From positions 1,240,001-1,304,000 of the forward strand of contig CATNEN010000007.1 of NCBI GenBank assembly GCA_950097015.1: 64,000 bases of DNA, read 5' to 3'. The position numbers were made by a program, and so were the translations under genes. The DNA comes from Macrostomum hystrix (taxonomy: Eukaryota > Animalia > Platyhelminthes). Below the pieces are notes generated by a model. The model saw only the letters and a program-made list of their open reading frames with translations, did not search any database and was not told the origin of the DNA. Shown here piece by piece: positions 46,563 to 58,144 of this stretch (the stretch's first letter is position 1; the number at the start of each line of letters is the position of its first letter).

Positions 46563-47918
46563 ATGAACGCAACAAGCTTTGCAAACGACACGGTGGATCG
46601 CATTTCGTCGCTGTCGCCAGAGGAGAGGGAGGCGCTGCAGACAGCTGCCAGGCTGCTGGTATTCGCCTATCGGTACATCTTCACATGGCTGGTGCCTTTC
46701 CAGTACCTGGCTGGCTGCACGGGCACCCTGCTGTGCATAGTAGTGCTGGTGAGGCGGCACAGCACCCAGAAAGAGATTCGGTCCTGGTTCATAGCGTTAA
46801 GCGTCATGGACATCTATGTGATGACAATCGGCCTGCCGATAATGTACGCCAACATACTGCAAATGCTGGCGGCGCTAGATGACACCAGCAACCTGGAGCC
46901 GGGCAACAGTACGCACAGGCAGAAAGCCTCCAGGCAATACGATCCGCGCACCTGGAGCAAGTTGAACTGCTACGGCATCTCAATACTGCAAAGCTACGGT
47001 CTTCTGGGCTCTAGCTGGGTGCAGGTCGGCATCTCGCTGCTGCGCTGCATCTCCACCGTGGTGCCGCTGAGCTCACGCAGTCGAATTAACGCCAGCAACT
47101 CGCGCAAGACGCTGTTCGCTACGCTGCTGGTCACACTGGCCGTGTCAATCATCATCGTCATGACTACTGTGGACTATAGCCCGAAGAACAGCCAGTGGAC
47201 GTGCGGCCAGAACAGAGAGTCGCCGAACCTGTTCTACAGCATCTTTGTTCTGCGAGTGTTCCTACCGGCCGTCTGCCTGATAGTCAGCACCTCCGTCATA
47301 CTCTACAGCCTGCAGAAATTCAAGCGCGCCTTTCACTCCGAGGCCAGACGCCGCACACTGCAGCAGCGCCGCATCTCTCTAATACTGATCGGCATGAATA
47401 TCAGCTTCCTGCTGTTCGCTCTGCCCTACGAGATTCACCTTATCTATGGCTTCATCATGCGCGAATATCTCAGCAGCAAGAATCTGGTAGCCAGAAGCAT
47501 TGAAAAGATTGTGCAGAAGGTGTTCGCCATCCTCATGTACACGAACAACGCTACTAATTGGATTTTCTATTTTGTACTGGGCAAACGATTCCGCCAGGAG
47601 ATGCGCTACCGCCTGACCTGCACGAGGACTCGGGTGAGCAAGACGGTGCACTATCGCTTCCGCCTGGGACCCAGAGCCGCAGCTGAGCAGACACCCGGAG
47701 ATGATCTGGACAAGCGTCTGCAGGCCGGCGAGAATCACTGCCAGAACAATCGCTGCCGACTGCCCTCTGGCAATCATCAGGCGCCCAACGATGCGCTGGA
47801 GTTGCAGCCGCTGCAGGACAGCCCGATCGGGGAGACCCGGAAGGCACACAGCTACGACATGGCCAGGTGCCACGCCAACCATCGCGTGTGCCACTTCAAC
47901 TTTAAAACGTCCGTTTGA
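46563..47918 (+). CDS. Intronless class A (rhodopsin-like) GPCR, peptide-receptor type
   Basis: Seven hydrophobic segments; N-terminal NAT/NDT sequons; TM2 FIALSVMD; Cys at the top of TM3 (KLNCY) and in ECL2 (WTCG); TM5 LP; TM6 FLLFALP; TM7 NNATNWIFY; helix 8 GKRFRQE. The ATG is at 46563 (the ORF track starts at a GTG at 46545). Confidence 0.92.
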   Translation: MNATSFANDTVDRISSLSPEEREALQTAARLLVFAYRYIFTWLVPFQYLAGCTGTLLCIVVLVRRHSTQKEIRSWFIALSVMDIYVMTIGLPIMYANILQMLAALDDTSNLEPGNSTHRQKASRQYDPRTWSKLNCYGISILQSYGLLGSSWVQVGISLLRCISTVVPLSSRSRINASNSRKTLFATLLVTLAVSIIIVMTTVDYSPKNSQWTCGQNRESPNLFYSIFVLRVFLPAVCLIVSTSVILYSLQKFKRAFHSEARRRTLQQRRISLILIGMNISFLLFALPYEIHLIYGFIMREYLSSKNLVARSIEKIVQKVFAILMYTNNATNWIFYFVLGKRFRQEMRYRLTCTRTRVSKTVHYRFRLGPRAAAEQTPGDDLDKRLQAGENHCQNNRCRLPSGNHQAPNDALELQPLQDSPIGETRKAHSYDMARCHANHRVCHFNFKTSV

Positions 47919-48500
47919 TTGGAACTGAGCACGGATGCTCATTTGTAACCATGACTAATCTATGAACAGCCGCGTGATGTTGTCTTTGTCTTTAGCTAGC
48001 TAGCATTCCCTATTTTAACAGACTCAAATTATCCGTCGTCTGTGTGACGCACTGCACTCCATGCTAACTGAAGCCCGGCGCACAACTGTACAGGAACTTT
48101 CAGACAAATTTCATTGTCGCTAAATGTTTTCTTTTGTTTAAAATGATACTGAGCGTAGATTCTACCGTGCAAACGGAATTTTCTATTGTGAAAACAGTTA
48201 TATAGAGCGTTGCGAAACCCTACTGAATTCTATAAATAGCAAAGAATGCTTACAGACAAATTGATTGATTTTCAATTTCAATCGAGCATAGCAGAAACTA
48301 TAATATATATATCGAAAACTGTAAACTATTCTGCTGCATAACGTATGACCCATTAAGCAGAAAGACTCCAGGAAAAATGAATCAATAAACATGCAGATAA
48401 AATATAGAAAATCACCTTTGTATGTAAGTTATGTACAGCTATTCAGTCCGATGATGAAACTATGCAATGAGAAAATCTTGTTTAAGGATACCAATTATCA

Positions 48501-48575
48501 CCCATGGGTTCAGATTCGAACTCACGACCTCTCGGTCAAAAGGCCGAAGCTCTAACCAGTGGGCGAGGAGCTGCC
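48501..48575 (-). mobile_element. tRNA-like SINE head or tRNA pseudogene fragment
   Basis: Minus strand GGCAGCTCCTCGCCCACTGGTTAGAGCTTCGGCCTTTTGACCGAGAGGTCGTGAGTTCGAATCTG has A/B-box-like motifs, but the acceptor stem does not close. Confidence 0.5.
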
Positions 48576-51220
48576 TACGAGCTCAAAAAAGAGCTTGATT
48601 ATGAATGCGAATCTTCAACCAAGCAAGCTCACATCAAAATAAACTAATCATTGAGGGACAGCAATAGGTGGACACCAGGCTGTTAGGCTAACACTATTTT
48701 AATTTTCCATTCTTAATTAGATCGTGCTGCTCAGATTCTGAGCAGGTAGTGCAGCTTGGCCCGACGATAATCTTTTCTCTCCAGCAGCGAATAAGCAGGT
48801 AACAGGAGCCCCCTCCTCACCTTATCTAAAGGAGCCAGCTTAGCAAGCCCTAAGGCTTAGGGGTGAGGGCCTCCAGCCTGCTGATATGCTCTTGGTGCAA
48901 GCTCTTCCAGCCGGGCCAGAGTCAATAAGATAAAAATAACGCGGTGTGCGCAGTGGCTAAGCAGGGGAATCGCATTAAAACATGGCCAGGCAGAAATAAG
49001 TGTGCATGCTAAATTATGTGAGGAGAGCACACGGCCTGTAGAACGAAGGGAATAATCCTAGCTGTAAGTTCACTGCCACAGCAATCCGTTCTTATGAAGA
49101 TCGACTTCTGTCATATTAAACTCGGGTCAGAGATTCACTGAGTACCAGAAAATGAAAAAAATGCTATACATCTAATGCAATCCAATGTTCAGTACAAAGG
49201 TTTTCTGGCTCAAAATGATGCTGATTATTAACGACTTGCAAGTCACTAACAAGTGAAAATTACTAATACGTGCAAGATGGAAAATAAAGTATTATAAAAC
49301 AAAAAATACTCTTCAGTTGCTACTTTTTAGTAGTAAGCGAATGAAAGCTTCTTTTAAACACACTTTAGATCAGCAAAGTAGAATTTCTGTGCCACAAAAT
49401 AATACAGTATTAGCAAAAATGTTAAAGTGCTGCAGCAACTACTTTATCAGTACTCAAATAAATCTTACTGGCTTAGTTAGAAAAATAATAGAATATAGAA
49501 ATAATTTCTCATGTTATCAAAACAACTCCTCAGTCATAGCAATCATAAACTTTTTGTTGTTTACTGATAAAAATAGTATTTAAGAGTGAAATAAACAATT
49601 AAATACTGTTTTTACTATTAAATTACATTGTGATATTTAGTATTTACTAGCCAAGTATGTTAGCACATAGGTATTTGCTTAGGCAAAAAGGGGGTGTTTA
49701 CTTTTGTAATTTATTTCATTAAAGAAAATTTTATTTAGAAAAAAGAAAGGATAAATGCCTAGACACTTCTGATATTTCCTTTATATTGCAAGCTATATAA
49801 CAAATCATTCAAGTACTTAGTATTCTAAGTGCTGCATTGGTGATGCATTAACTTTTTTCTACACAATATTTAGATACAAATGTTGTAGAAATTGGAAATA
49901 AGTAACCCAGATTTATTTAAATATTATTTAAATTTGAACAGTATGAAATGTTTATACTTCAAGTGTTCATACTCATAGTTGCAATTTTCAACTATTAATT
50001 GAACTAGTAAGTAATTATTACTAAGTAAATATGTTTTGAGGGTTTAAAAAATATATATATTAGGACTAGGTGTTAATATTACTTGACTGAATAAATATAA
50101 ACTAATTAAACATTTATTAGCACATGATAAGCACATGTTAACTCTCCAGAATACTACTTCAGAATTTCTAAATGTACGAAGAATGTTAAATTTACCAAAT
50201 AACCAAAACTGCAATATTAAAAAGAGCAATAACTTAAAAAGTGGACATGCTCCTGGTTTATTGGGAAAATGTTTCGAAATAGCTAAATTCAAATTTCATT
50301 ATGTATTTCGAAATATTTGTCATTGGCATATTTCGAAGTTTTATAAAAAAAACAAATATTTTAATTAAAAATATTTGTGAAGATGATAAAAATATGTAAG
50401 CAGGACAAAAAATGAAAACTTTGTGTTCCGTTTAGCTATGTTAGGTTCGAGTTGGTTCTTCATATCAAAGGATATGATAAATGAGTCGCAACAATGCTTT
50501 ACACAACACGTTAGCATAATAAAGTTGAATTAGCACAATTGAACTTTATTGAAAAGACAATCTATCGAACTTTTCTTTCTTACAAAAACTAAATTCAAAA
50601 AGGTTTTTTTTATTTTTTCGTCTACAGAAAAATACTTGAGGTAGTTATATATTATCACACAACATTAGGTTAAAATAAAAAATTACTAGACAGTATAAGT
50701 ATTTATTTTAAATATTAAAATATTTATTTTACATTTGTTGAACCCCTTGCTTGCAGATTGGTTTGTATTATATAAATCTAATCTAAGAAACTTCCACATT
50801 TCTTCTTTGAAAGTGCGCACGGTTTAAGGACATTGTTGCATTTGCCTCCTTAATATTTTTATTAATGAAGAATATTATTAATTACTATGACAGATTCATT
50901 CTTGCATAGAATGTAGGACATTTTAATAACAGGTAAGTTTAAGGCAACTAACATTCAGTTTAACATGTGGTATGCCCCACACTTCTTATGGTAAATCCAG
51001 AATATTATGCAGATTTCATGTCTTTTGAATTTTTGCCAATGGATTTGTTGTCCAATGGTCTTAAATGAAGGCAAAGACATGCAGGAACATTTTCACAAAG
51101 TTTAAAGCACAATGAATGAATTGCTTCTTATAAATCTCTTTTTGCAATACAAATATCAACTAAAAGTTTCCCTGGGCAAATGCAACTTTCCCTAGGCTAA
51201 CATTGCCTCAGCCCAGGGAA

Positions 51221-51680
51221 GGTTCCAGGTCATTTCAGTGACAAGACATTTTGGTGACAGTCATTTTGGTGACAGAATTGGTCAGTTTGGTGACAACTAT
51301 TTTTGCACCTAAATATGCTAAGAAAATAGCCTTCCATGATCCAGTAGCTGCTTAAAGCCTGCCAATCCTCGCCTTGTCAATCCAAAACTTGAAAAGTGAT
51401 TATTATACACATTTAATAAGGAACGAATAACTATTGAAACTATTGACTACTCATTAAATAATTTAATAATTTAACTCATTTAAAGTAAAACCCAGACTTA
51501 ATCAGAGTGATGCAGCTTCTGATTAATACTTATAGCATTATTTAATTAATACTTTATATGTGTGCATAGTTAAAATGGAAGCCAGTTTTTTAGCATATTT
51601 AGGTACAAAAATAGTTGTCACCAATCTGACCAATTGTGTCACTGAAATGACTTGAGTTGTCACCAAAATGACCTGCGACC
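51221..51680. mobile_element. MITE with ~100-bp imperfect terminal inverted repeats
   Basis: The left arm GTGACAGAATTGGTCAGTTTGGTGACAACTATTTTTGCACCTAAATATGCTAA pairs with 51586-51645. Ends are GGTTCCAGGTCATTT and AAATGACCTGCGACC, with internal TTTTGGTGACA subrepeats. No clear TSD. Confidence 0.75.
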
Positions 51681-53023
51681 ATGCATATCAGTGACAGCAG
51701 AGAAGATACTGTATGATATAAGTGTTCTTACAAACTAAAATAACAAACTAAATGGCTATCCTAAAGTCACAATACCATTGGAAAATAGCTGAGCATTTCC
51801 TTATATTTGTGAATTCTTGTTATATTTGTGAGTTCTATATTGTGCCAATATAGAACTTAGCCCATGTGCCACTTTTTTCACCAATGCTAAAACTGATATT
51901 AGCGTTCTCTTTTGACTATTGATTTTTAGAATAGTCCTACCTTATTTCATTAATTACCAAAATAATAGTAGAGTTTGACTTGCTGTTTCTGAATTAGTTG
52001 GTGTCAGCCTAGGGAAACTGTGGCATCAATTCAAGGAAGTGCTATCAAATAGACAATATTTTTATGGAGAAAAGAAGGCAAAGGACTAATTAAAGTCACT
52101 TAACAAAGTAAAACAAAGATTATTTACTTGTTTTTAAACCATTAGAAAGTTGTTGCTGAGCTAGCAAATTAAAGGAAAAAATTATAACAAAAAATAACAT
52201 TTTATGATGTTTTCAAACTTCCATGCCAAAAGAAAATTTGCAAACCTATTGTCATCATACTTCCTTGACATTACATAGGCATTACAAAACATGTTTATTT
52301 ATATCAAAATATCATTTCTATGGTATTAGGTTAATTGTTTCTGAAAAAATTGAAAAGACTAAGAAACTCAGCATGTAGTCAATTTTGGATTCACCCAAAT
52401 ACTACTTAGGCTGACATACTACTAACTACTAATTATCACTATATAATTTTACTAAATAAAAGGAAATACCTCTAATCAGATTTTAGCTACTTGATACTGG
52501 ATACTTGAAATTGAAAAATGTTCCTAGTAACATATTTTTGCTACCCGCATAGCCCTACTATGGATACTGGGAAAAGTCACCATTGTACTAGCTAACACAA
52601 ATCATAATTAAAAGTTATTCTTGTGTTCTGTACACTAAGAAATTGTGTTTGCTAGAAATAATTTAAAATTATTTACCTAATTAGCTGTATAAAAGTATAG
52701 TTAAAATGTGTTCTGAATATTTTTAACTAGCTATCTGTTTAAGACAATTTTTAGTCAAGCTAGCTTTGTTTTACTTATTATTGAACTATGCAGAACTAGG
52801 CAGCCCTATTGCATAAATTATCAAAATCTACCAGATATTTTATATTAGTCATTTAATAGTTTTATCTATAGATTATACTATTAAAGAATTGGTTTATCAA
52901 CTGTAGCATGTTAATGTAAAAATAATTTTCAAAACAAGAGTTTGATTATTTTGCTTGATAGTCTGGCAGAGTCTTTATTATTGCTATTTATGTTATACTT
53001 TTTAGCAAAATTATATTTATAAT

Positions 53024-53255
53024 CATACATGCGCAACACCTGGCCAGGTGAAATGAGGGCCAAGCAAGGTAACTTGCAAAAACCAATCGACTAAGTGCAA
53101 AAAATCAAAGGGGGGACCAAGGGACAAAAAAGGAAGGCGTGAAGAAAAGGAAAAAGGGGAGAGAAAAAGAGAGCAAATCAGAGCAAACTAAGTCGTAAAT
53201 AGAGCAAAAACTAAGTCGCACGGCTGGCTAAGATTTGGGAGGTTGCGCATGTATG
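53024..53255. mobile_element. 232-bp MITE with 14-bp TIRs
   Basis: CATACATGCGCAAC ... GTTGCGCATGTATG; the flanking 8-mers TTTATAAT and TGAATAAT match at 6 of 8 positions (possible decayed hAT-type TSD). Confidence 0.6.
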
Positions 53256-53835
53256 TGAATAATAGTGTCAGCAATAAAAATTTATATTATCACTAATTCA
53301 GCAATGCCATGTGAGCAAAACTTGTCAACTAGTATAGATACCAAGTTTAACAAGCATGATAAGGATATAGCTTGCTATGAACATCTTGTTGGTATACAAA
53401 TTGCCTAAGTAAATTTGAATTTACATAAGAACCTACAAGACTTGTGTGGCAAGGTTGAGGTAGAAACTAGCAATTGTATATAGCAGAGCATGTTATATTT
53501 TACAATTTTCTTTATTTTTACCTAATATTTACTCTGTGAGACTAATTTTATTATTCCCATAATATTCAAAATTTTAGATATTCAAATCCTCAAAGTGACA
53601 GCAGCACATATCGACAACTGAAACTGTCTGCAAGCTCATCTTAGATCTTGTCTGGCTCAAATTTTGTATAGAACCAGAGTTCTTTATCCTATAGCAAATT
53701 AATATTTATTTGTTTTTATATCCTAGTTCGAATCGTTGTCCAAAAGGTTTTCTTGTTTTATTTCAATAAATAATTAGCTAAGACAGCAGCAGTGAGAAAA
53801 CAGACAAGTTGAATTGCTTTGAGTACGAGCGTGAC

Positions 53836-53936
53836 ATGCCAACTGGCCAGAGCATGCAGCAGCAGCAACAGCGCAGCAGCCGCGGCGGCAGCGGTGGATT
53901 CTCTCGCAGTCGCCAATCTGGACAATCAAATCCCAG
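53836..53936 (+). CDS. ATXN2: Ataxin-2, candidate exon 1
   Basis: ATG CCA ACT GGC...MQQQQQRSSRGGSGGFSRSR...; donor CAG|gtgagg at 53937 (phase 2). Confidence 0.6.
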
Positions 53937-54025
53937 GTGAGGATTGTGGGAAATGTAGATTGTAGAAGTAAGTCAGTTAAATCATTATCGAATAAAATAT
54001 ACCGGGCTCGCTATAACACTTTCAG

Positions 54026-54116
54026 CCGATCGAACAGCTACAACAAGAGCCACCAGACATCCTACAGTCGCGGTGGCGGAAATGTTGTTCACGGTGGTTC
54101 ACCGGCCTTCAACCAG
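54026..54116 (+). CDS. ATXN2: Ataxin-2, candidate exon 2
   Basis: Acceptor ctttcag| at 54024-54025 (phase 2); donor CAG|gtgcga at 54117 (phase 0); open frame RSNSYNKSHQTSYSRGGG...FNQ. Confidence 0.6.
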
Positions 54117-54272
54117 GTGCGATTTAATTGTTTCCAGAGTTGATGCGCCCTCATTCTACTTCCTTCTTAGAATTTACAGTTTCTTATTCCAATAGTTTAT
54201 GTGGCATTCACACTTTTTGTCATTCCGCATGCGATGCCAATTCTCATTCTGTAATCCTTACACACCTTTCAG

Positions 54273-54855
54273 AGTTCTTCGGTTGTGACTGGAAGCACAG
54301 CTCCAGCTCACGCTCAGTTGGATATTCAGGGCATCATGACCTAATCCGTCATTCATTCACGTTGCTACGCGCTACCTGATTGGCCAGCCGATGCAGCTAG
54401 AAATGATTGACGGACAGCAGCCGCCAACGCTTGAGGGCGTCCTACGCACCATTGTATCGCCGGATACTTTAAGAATCTATCAGCCAGACAAGTCCGACCT
54501 GTCGATTCGGTTGACCGAAGTCAAAGAATTCACAGTGTCTGATGTAGATTGCAATGAAGTGCTACGCACTGTTACTGTGAATAATCATCAGCAACAGCAG
54601 CGCGCCAGCCCAGCCCCGCCCAGCTCTGCTGATGTGGCATCATCGAAGACAGCCGTTGAAGGCTTCGTCACCGACGAGGGCATTGCCACGAAGAAGCAGG
54701 TCGTGCTGCAGCGGCATCGTCCGGCTCTATCGTCGCAGACTTCAACAGCGTCAGCCGGAGGTGGAGCCACTTCAACTAGCAGCTCGTCGCCTGCGCCCAG
54801 AGCTGCTGCTGCTGACAGTGCCGGCGGTCAGGGTGGCGGCGGTGGAGATCTGCAG
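54273..54855 (+). CDS. ATXN2: Ataxin-2 exon 3 (Lsm domain); contains a +1 frame break at 54342
   Basis: Acceptor cctttcag| at 54271-54272. LDIQGIMT is in frame 0 and NPSFIHVATRYLIGQPMQLEMIDG...LEGVLRTIVS is in frame +1; together they resemble ataxin-2 FDGIYANMRMVHILTSVVG..YEGVFKT. Donor CAG|gtgagc at 54856. Confidence 0.7.
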
Positions 54856-55256
54856 GTGAGCGTGGCATTATAACAACTTAAACTACTTAAAAGCACTAAA
54901 AGCAGAAATATATGCTTAAAGAAATTTAGAGTAAAAGTTACATTTTTGTTTGAATTTTTGCGTTTAACGCGGATATGATCTCTGAAACGCTACCTGGCAT
55001 TGTGTAACGTCTAACATAAGAAAATTGTTTTTGGTGTTTGGGTGTAACTAGTGAAAAAGTATGCTAGATACGGCTTATTGGTTTATCAATTAAGCATAAA
55101 GGCTCTGTATATCAGAGCGAGAGTAAGTCAGAGTATCTGACTTATCGGAGTAGGACAACTCTCTGTATATCATTTTACTAGCTGTTTTACAGCGTCAGTT
55201 TACTACAAGCCCTGATTAGTCTAATTGTGCCACTAAACCGAACCGAAATCACTCAG

Positions 55257-57329
55257 ATGTTTGAATTCGACGAGAAGCCAATCGATGAGAGACTGTCGAG
55301 CCTGGACTCCTCGAACTTCAAGGCGGCCAAGAGTGGCGGGCCCTTTTTCGATCCGAATGAGATGTTCAAATTCAACGAGAAACTGATGGGGCCGTCCAGC
55401 TTCCGCGATCACCTACCGGAGTACACAACACCCTTAGTGCGCACCAATGATCCGAATTGGCAGCGGCGCGAGGAGCGTGCAGCCCAACTGGCTCGCGAAA
55501 TTGAAAGCAATCGCGACTATCACGACAATATTTGTCGCGAGAGCCGCGACGATATGGACGAGGAGATGCGCTACTCGGCTGTGCACCGACCTGGACAGCC
55601 AGAACCTGCATCTGCTGCTAGGATAGTCAAGCCTAAGCTAGACACCCCGCCGCCTGCTAGAACACCGCCAATTCAGCAGCAGCAGCAACCGACGGAAGCT
55701 GGTTCCGCAGCTGCCCCATCTTCAGCAGCGACATCGTCGTTTTCGTCAGCTGGGCAGCAGCAGCAGCCGCGCGAACTGACCAAATACTGTCCGCCAAATC
55801 GCAGGCCGCCGCAGCCTTCACAACAATCGCAGCCGCCACCGCCGCAGATGGCAGCGCTGCCACCGCAGCCAACTCTAGCCGCAATGCCGCCCAACATGAT
55901 GCAGCAGCCGCCTCCACCTCAGCACGCTCTGCTACATCATCCTCCACCGCCAATGCCTGGTGGAATGGTGCCGATGGCCATGCCGCAGCCTGTGGCTGGT
56001 AACGGTTCAGGCCGGGTTGGCGGGGTTGAGCCTCTAATGCAGCAGCAGGTGACACCGCCTCCTGCTATGCTGGCAAAACAGCAGTTGCAGCAGCAGCAGC
56101 AACAGAGGCCTGTGGCTGGCGGTGCGCGCACGCCATCACGCCAGTTGAGCCAACAGTCGCCTGAGCCGCCCCAGCAAATGCAGCAACAGGCGCCTCCAAC
56201 CGCCCCACCTGCTACTTCCGTCACGTCCGAGTCCTCGGCACCGACAAGCTCAGCTTCAACATCGTCAAGCTCAAATAAGCAGGGTTTGAATGTGTTCGCT
56301 CAAGAGTTCGTTCCCACAGTCACCGCTCCGGCAGCTGCTCCGCCACCGCCGCCGCCCCAGCAGCCTCCGCCTCCGCCCCCGCCGCAGCCGCAGCAGCCTC
56401 CGCAGGCGCCTCAGCTGGCGATGAATCTAACACAGTTGCCGACTCATTCAGCTTCTCAGGCGCCGGCAGCTTCTGCCAGTATGCAGCCGGCCTACTACAC
56501 ACAAATGCCGACAGCGCCGGTCAGCATCTACAGCTTCGCTCGGCCAATGTCTCAGCCGACGGTCACCGCGGCGGCGCCGCACCAGTTCGTGTCCATGCAG
56601 CAGCCCTACCCGACCCAGCCAGGCTACATGCAGCATGCCCAGATCCCCATCATGAATCCCTACGGCTCCTACCCGCATCAGGCTGTGCCCTCGACCATGC
56701 AGCCGCAGCATCAGCATCAGCACTCGCAGCCGCAGCAACAGCAGCAGCAGCAGCAGGCTGGTCAGAAACCTGGTCAGACTGGACCATCGCAGTACGGCCA
56801 GCAGCAGCCTGGCGGCCCAGCCGGCAACGGCGCTGGCTCCCAGCAGCATCAGCAGGCTGCCGCCAACGCAGCCGCTGCCGCAGCCGCTGCTAATCCCGCC
56901 CAGGCACGCATGCTGCCTAACGGTGCTGGCCAGATTCTGTTCCATCCCTATCCTCACTACATGCTGCCTCAGGCGCCACCGCAGCAGCCTCAGCCGCCGC
57001 AGCAGCAGCAGCCGCATTCCCAGCAGCAGCAGCAGCAGGCACAGCAGCAGCATTTGCAGCAGCGCTCCTCCCAGCAGCAGCAGCAGCCGCAGCAAATGCA
57101 CCAAGCGGCTGCGGCGGCAGTTGCCGCTCCGATCATGCCCATGCAGCAGTACCAATTGTATCCTCATCAGCTGCAGTACATTGGTCACTACCCGATGGCC
57201 GGCCCGCAGCCCATACCGTTGACGCCTTACCAGGCTATGGCGCCAGCAGCTCCGGCAGGTCCAGCGCCGGCTTATTCAATCTACCAGCAGCCTCCGCACG
57301 GCTTCTATTCTCAGCCGGCGCCCAACTGA
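55257..57329 (+). CDS. ATXN2: Ataxin-2 last exon: LsmAD domain, PAM2 motif, Q/P-rich low-complexity tail
   Basis: Acceptor actcag| at 55255-55256 (phase 0). LsmAD: FDPNEMFKFNEKLMG...LPEYTTPL...REERAAQLAREIE...DEEMRYSAVHR. PAM2: GLNVFAQEFVP (about 56282-56315). Poly-Q tracts follow. Confidence 0.93.
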   Translation: MFEFDEKPIDERLSSLDSSNFKAAKSGGPFFDPNEMFKFNEKLMGPSSFRDHLPEYTTPLVRTNDPNWQRREERAAQLAREIESNRDYHDNICRESRDDMDEEMRYSAVHRPGQPEPASAARIVKPKLDTPPPARTPPIQQQQQPTEAGSAAAPSSAATSSFSSAGQQQQPRELTKYCPPNRRPPQPSQQSQPPPPQMAALPPQPTLAAMPPNMMQQPPPPQHALLHHPPPPMPGGMVPMAMPQPVAGNGSGRVGGVEPLMQQQVTPPPAMLAKQQLQQQQQQRPVAGGARTPSRQLSQQSPEPPQQMQQQAPPTAPPATSVTSESSAPTSSASTSSSSNKQGLNVFAQEFVPTVTAPAAAPPPPPPQQPPPPPPPQPQQPPQAPQLAMNLTQLPTHSASQAPAASASMQPAYYTQMPTAPVSIYSFARPMSQPTVTAAAPHQFVSMQQPYPTQPGYMQHAQIPIMNPYGSYPHQAVPSTMQPQHQHQHSQPQQQQQQQQAGQKPGQTGPSQYGQQQPGGPAGNGAGSQQHQQAAANAAAAAAAANPAQARMLPNGAGQILFHPYPHYMLPQAPPQQPQPPQQQQPHSQQQQQQAQQQHLQQRSSQQQQQPQQMHQAAAAAVAAPIMPMQQYQLYPHQLQYIGHYPMAGPQPIPLTPYQAMAPAAPAGPAPAYSIYQQPPHGFYSQPAPN

Positions 57330-58144
57330 GCAGCGAACTCTTGCGCGCATCCAAATGGCCGAGCTTACAGTGAGAGAGTGACTTTAAATAGATTAATCCC
57401 ATAGAAACAGCAATCTAAATATTCTGCAGCTCGGCCAGTTATTGTCTGTTTTTTTGTAGCAGAATTCAACTAAAATAATATTGTTAATGCTTAAACTTAT
57501 TTCTACTTAAGAGATTCCCAAAAAAGTCCTTAGGGTCTGCGCGCCACGTGATACCACTAATTACCTGATTTATCACCACCAATCTGTTAAGCTATGAACA
57601 AAATCAATCGCTGGTTGTTTCGTTCTACTTGTATTTGTTTAGAATAGCAGGCAAGCAAATAGGGTGCCTCAGTTGTTGAAGCGTCTAATAGACGTGTGCG
57701 TGTTTTTCTTCTGTTTCCCCTCGGCCAATGACTTGGAAATTAAATCGTTTTCTTAAATAAGCAACGTACTCATCTGTTATACAAAATTATATGTTCAACC
57801 GACCCCTTGCTCTCTGACAGTTATCTAAAAGTCAGAAGTCCACGCTTTTGTCGCTATAATAGCAGCATTCATAGCTAGGTCAAGTAGTCAGTATAGATCC
57901 CCACTTTCTAGCAATGCCTACTTTAATGATGACTTCTTCTTTAAATTTTAGTTTCATTCTTTTCTCAATTGTTTTTGTCAGCTTTTTCTCTTGCTAAAAG
58001 TGAATGTGTTGTCTAAAAGCCGGGAAGAGTGAGGCAAAGAATGTCTTTGTTAATTCTATATTATTGTTGCATACTCTAGTTACCGATCATAAAGAACAAT
58101 TTCTCAGCAATCTAGCTGATGCACGGCTAGGCTGTAGACCAAAC

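Noticed and set aside
55372-57222. Antisense and alternate-frame ORFs over ataxin-2
   Set aside because: They are by-products of CAG/CCG-rich low-complexity coding sequence.
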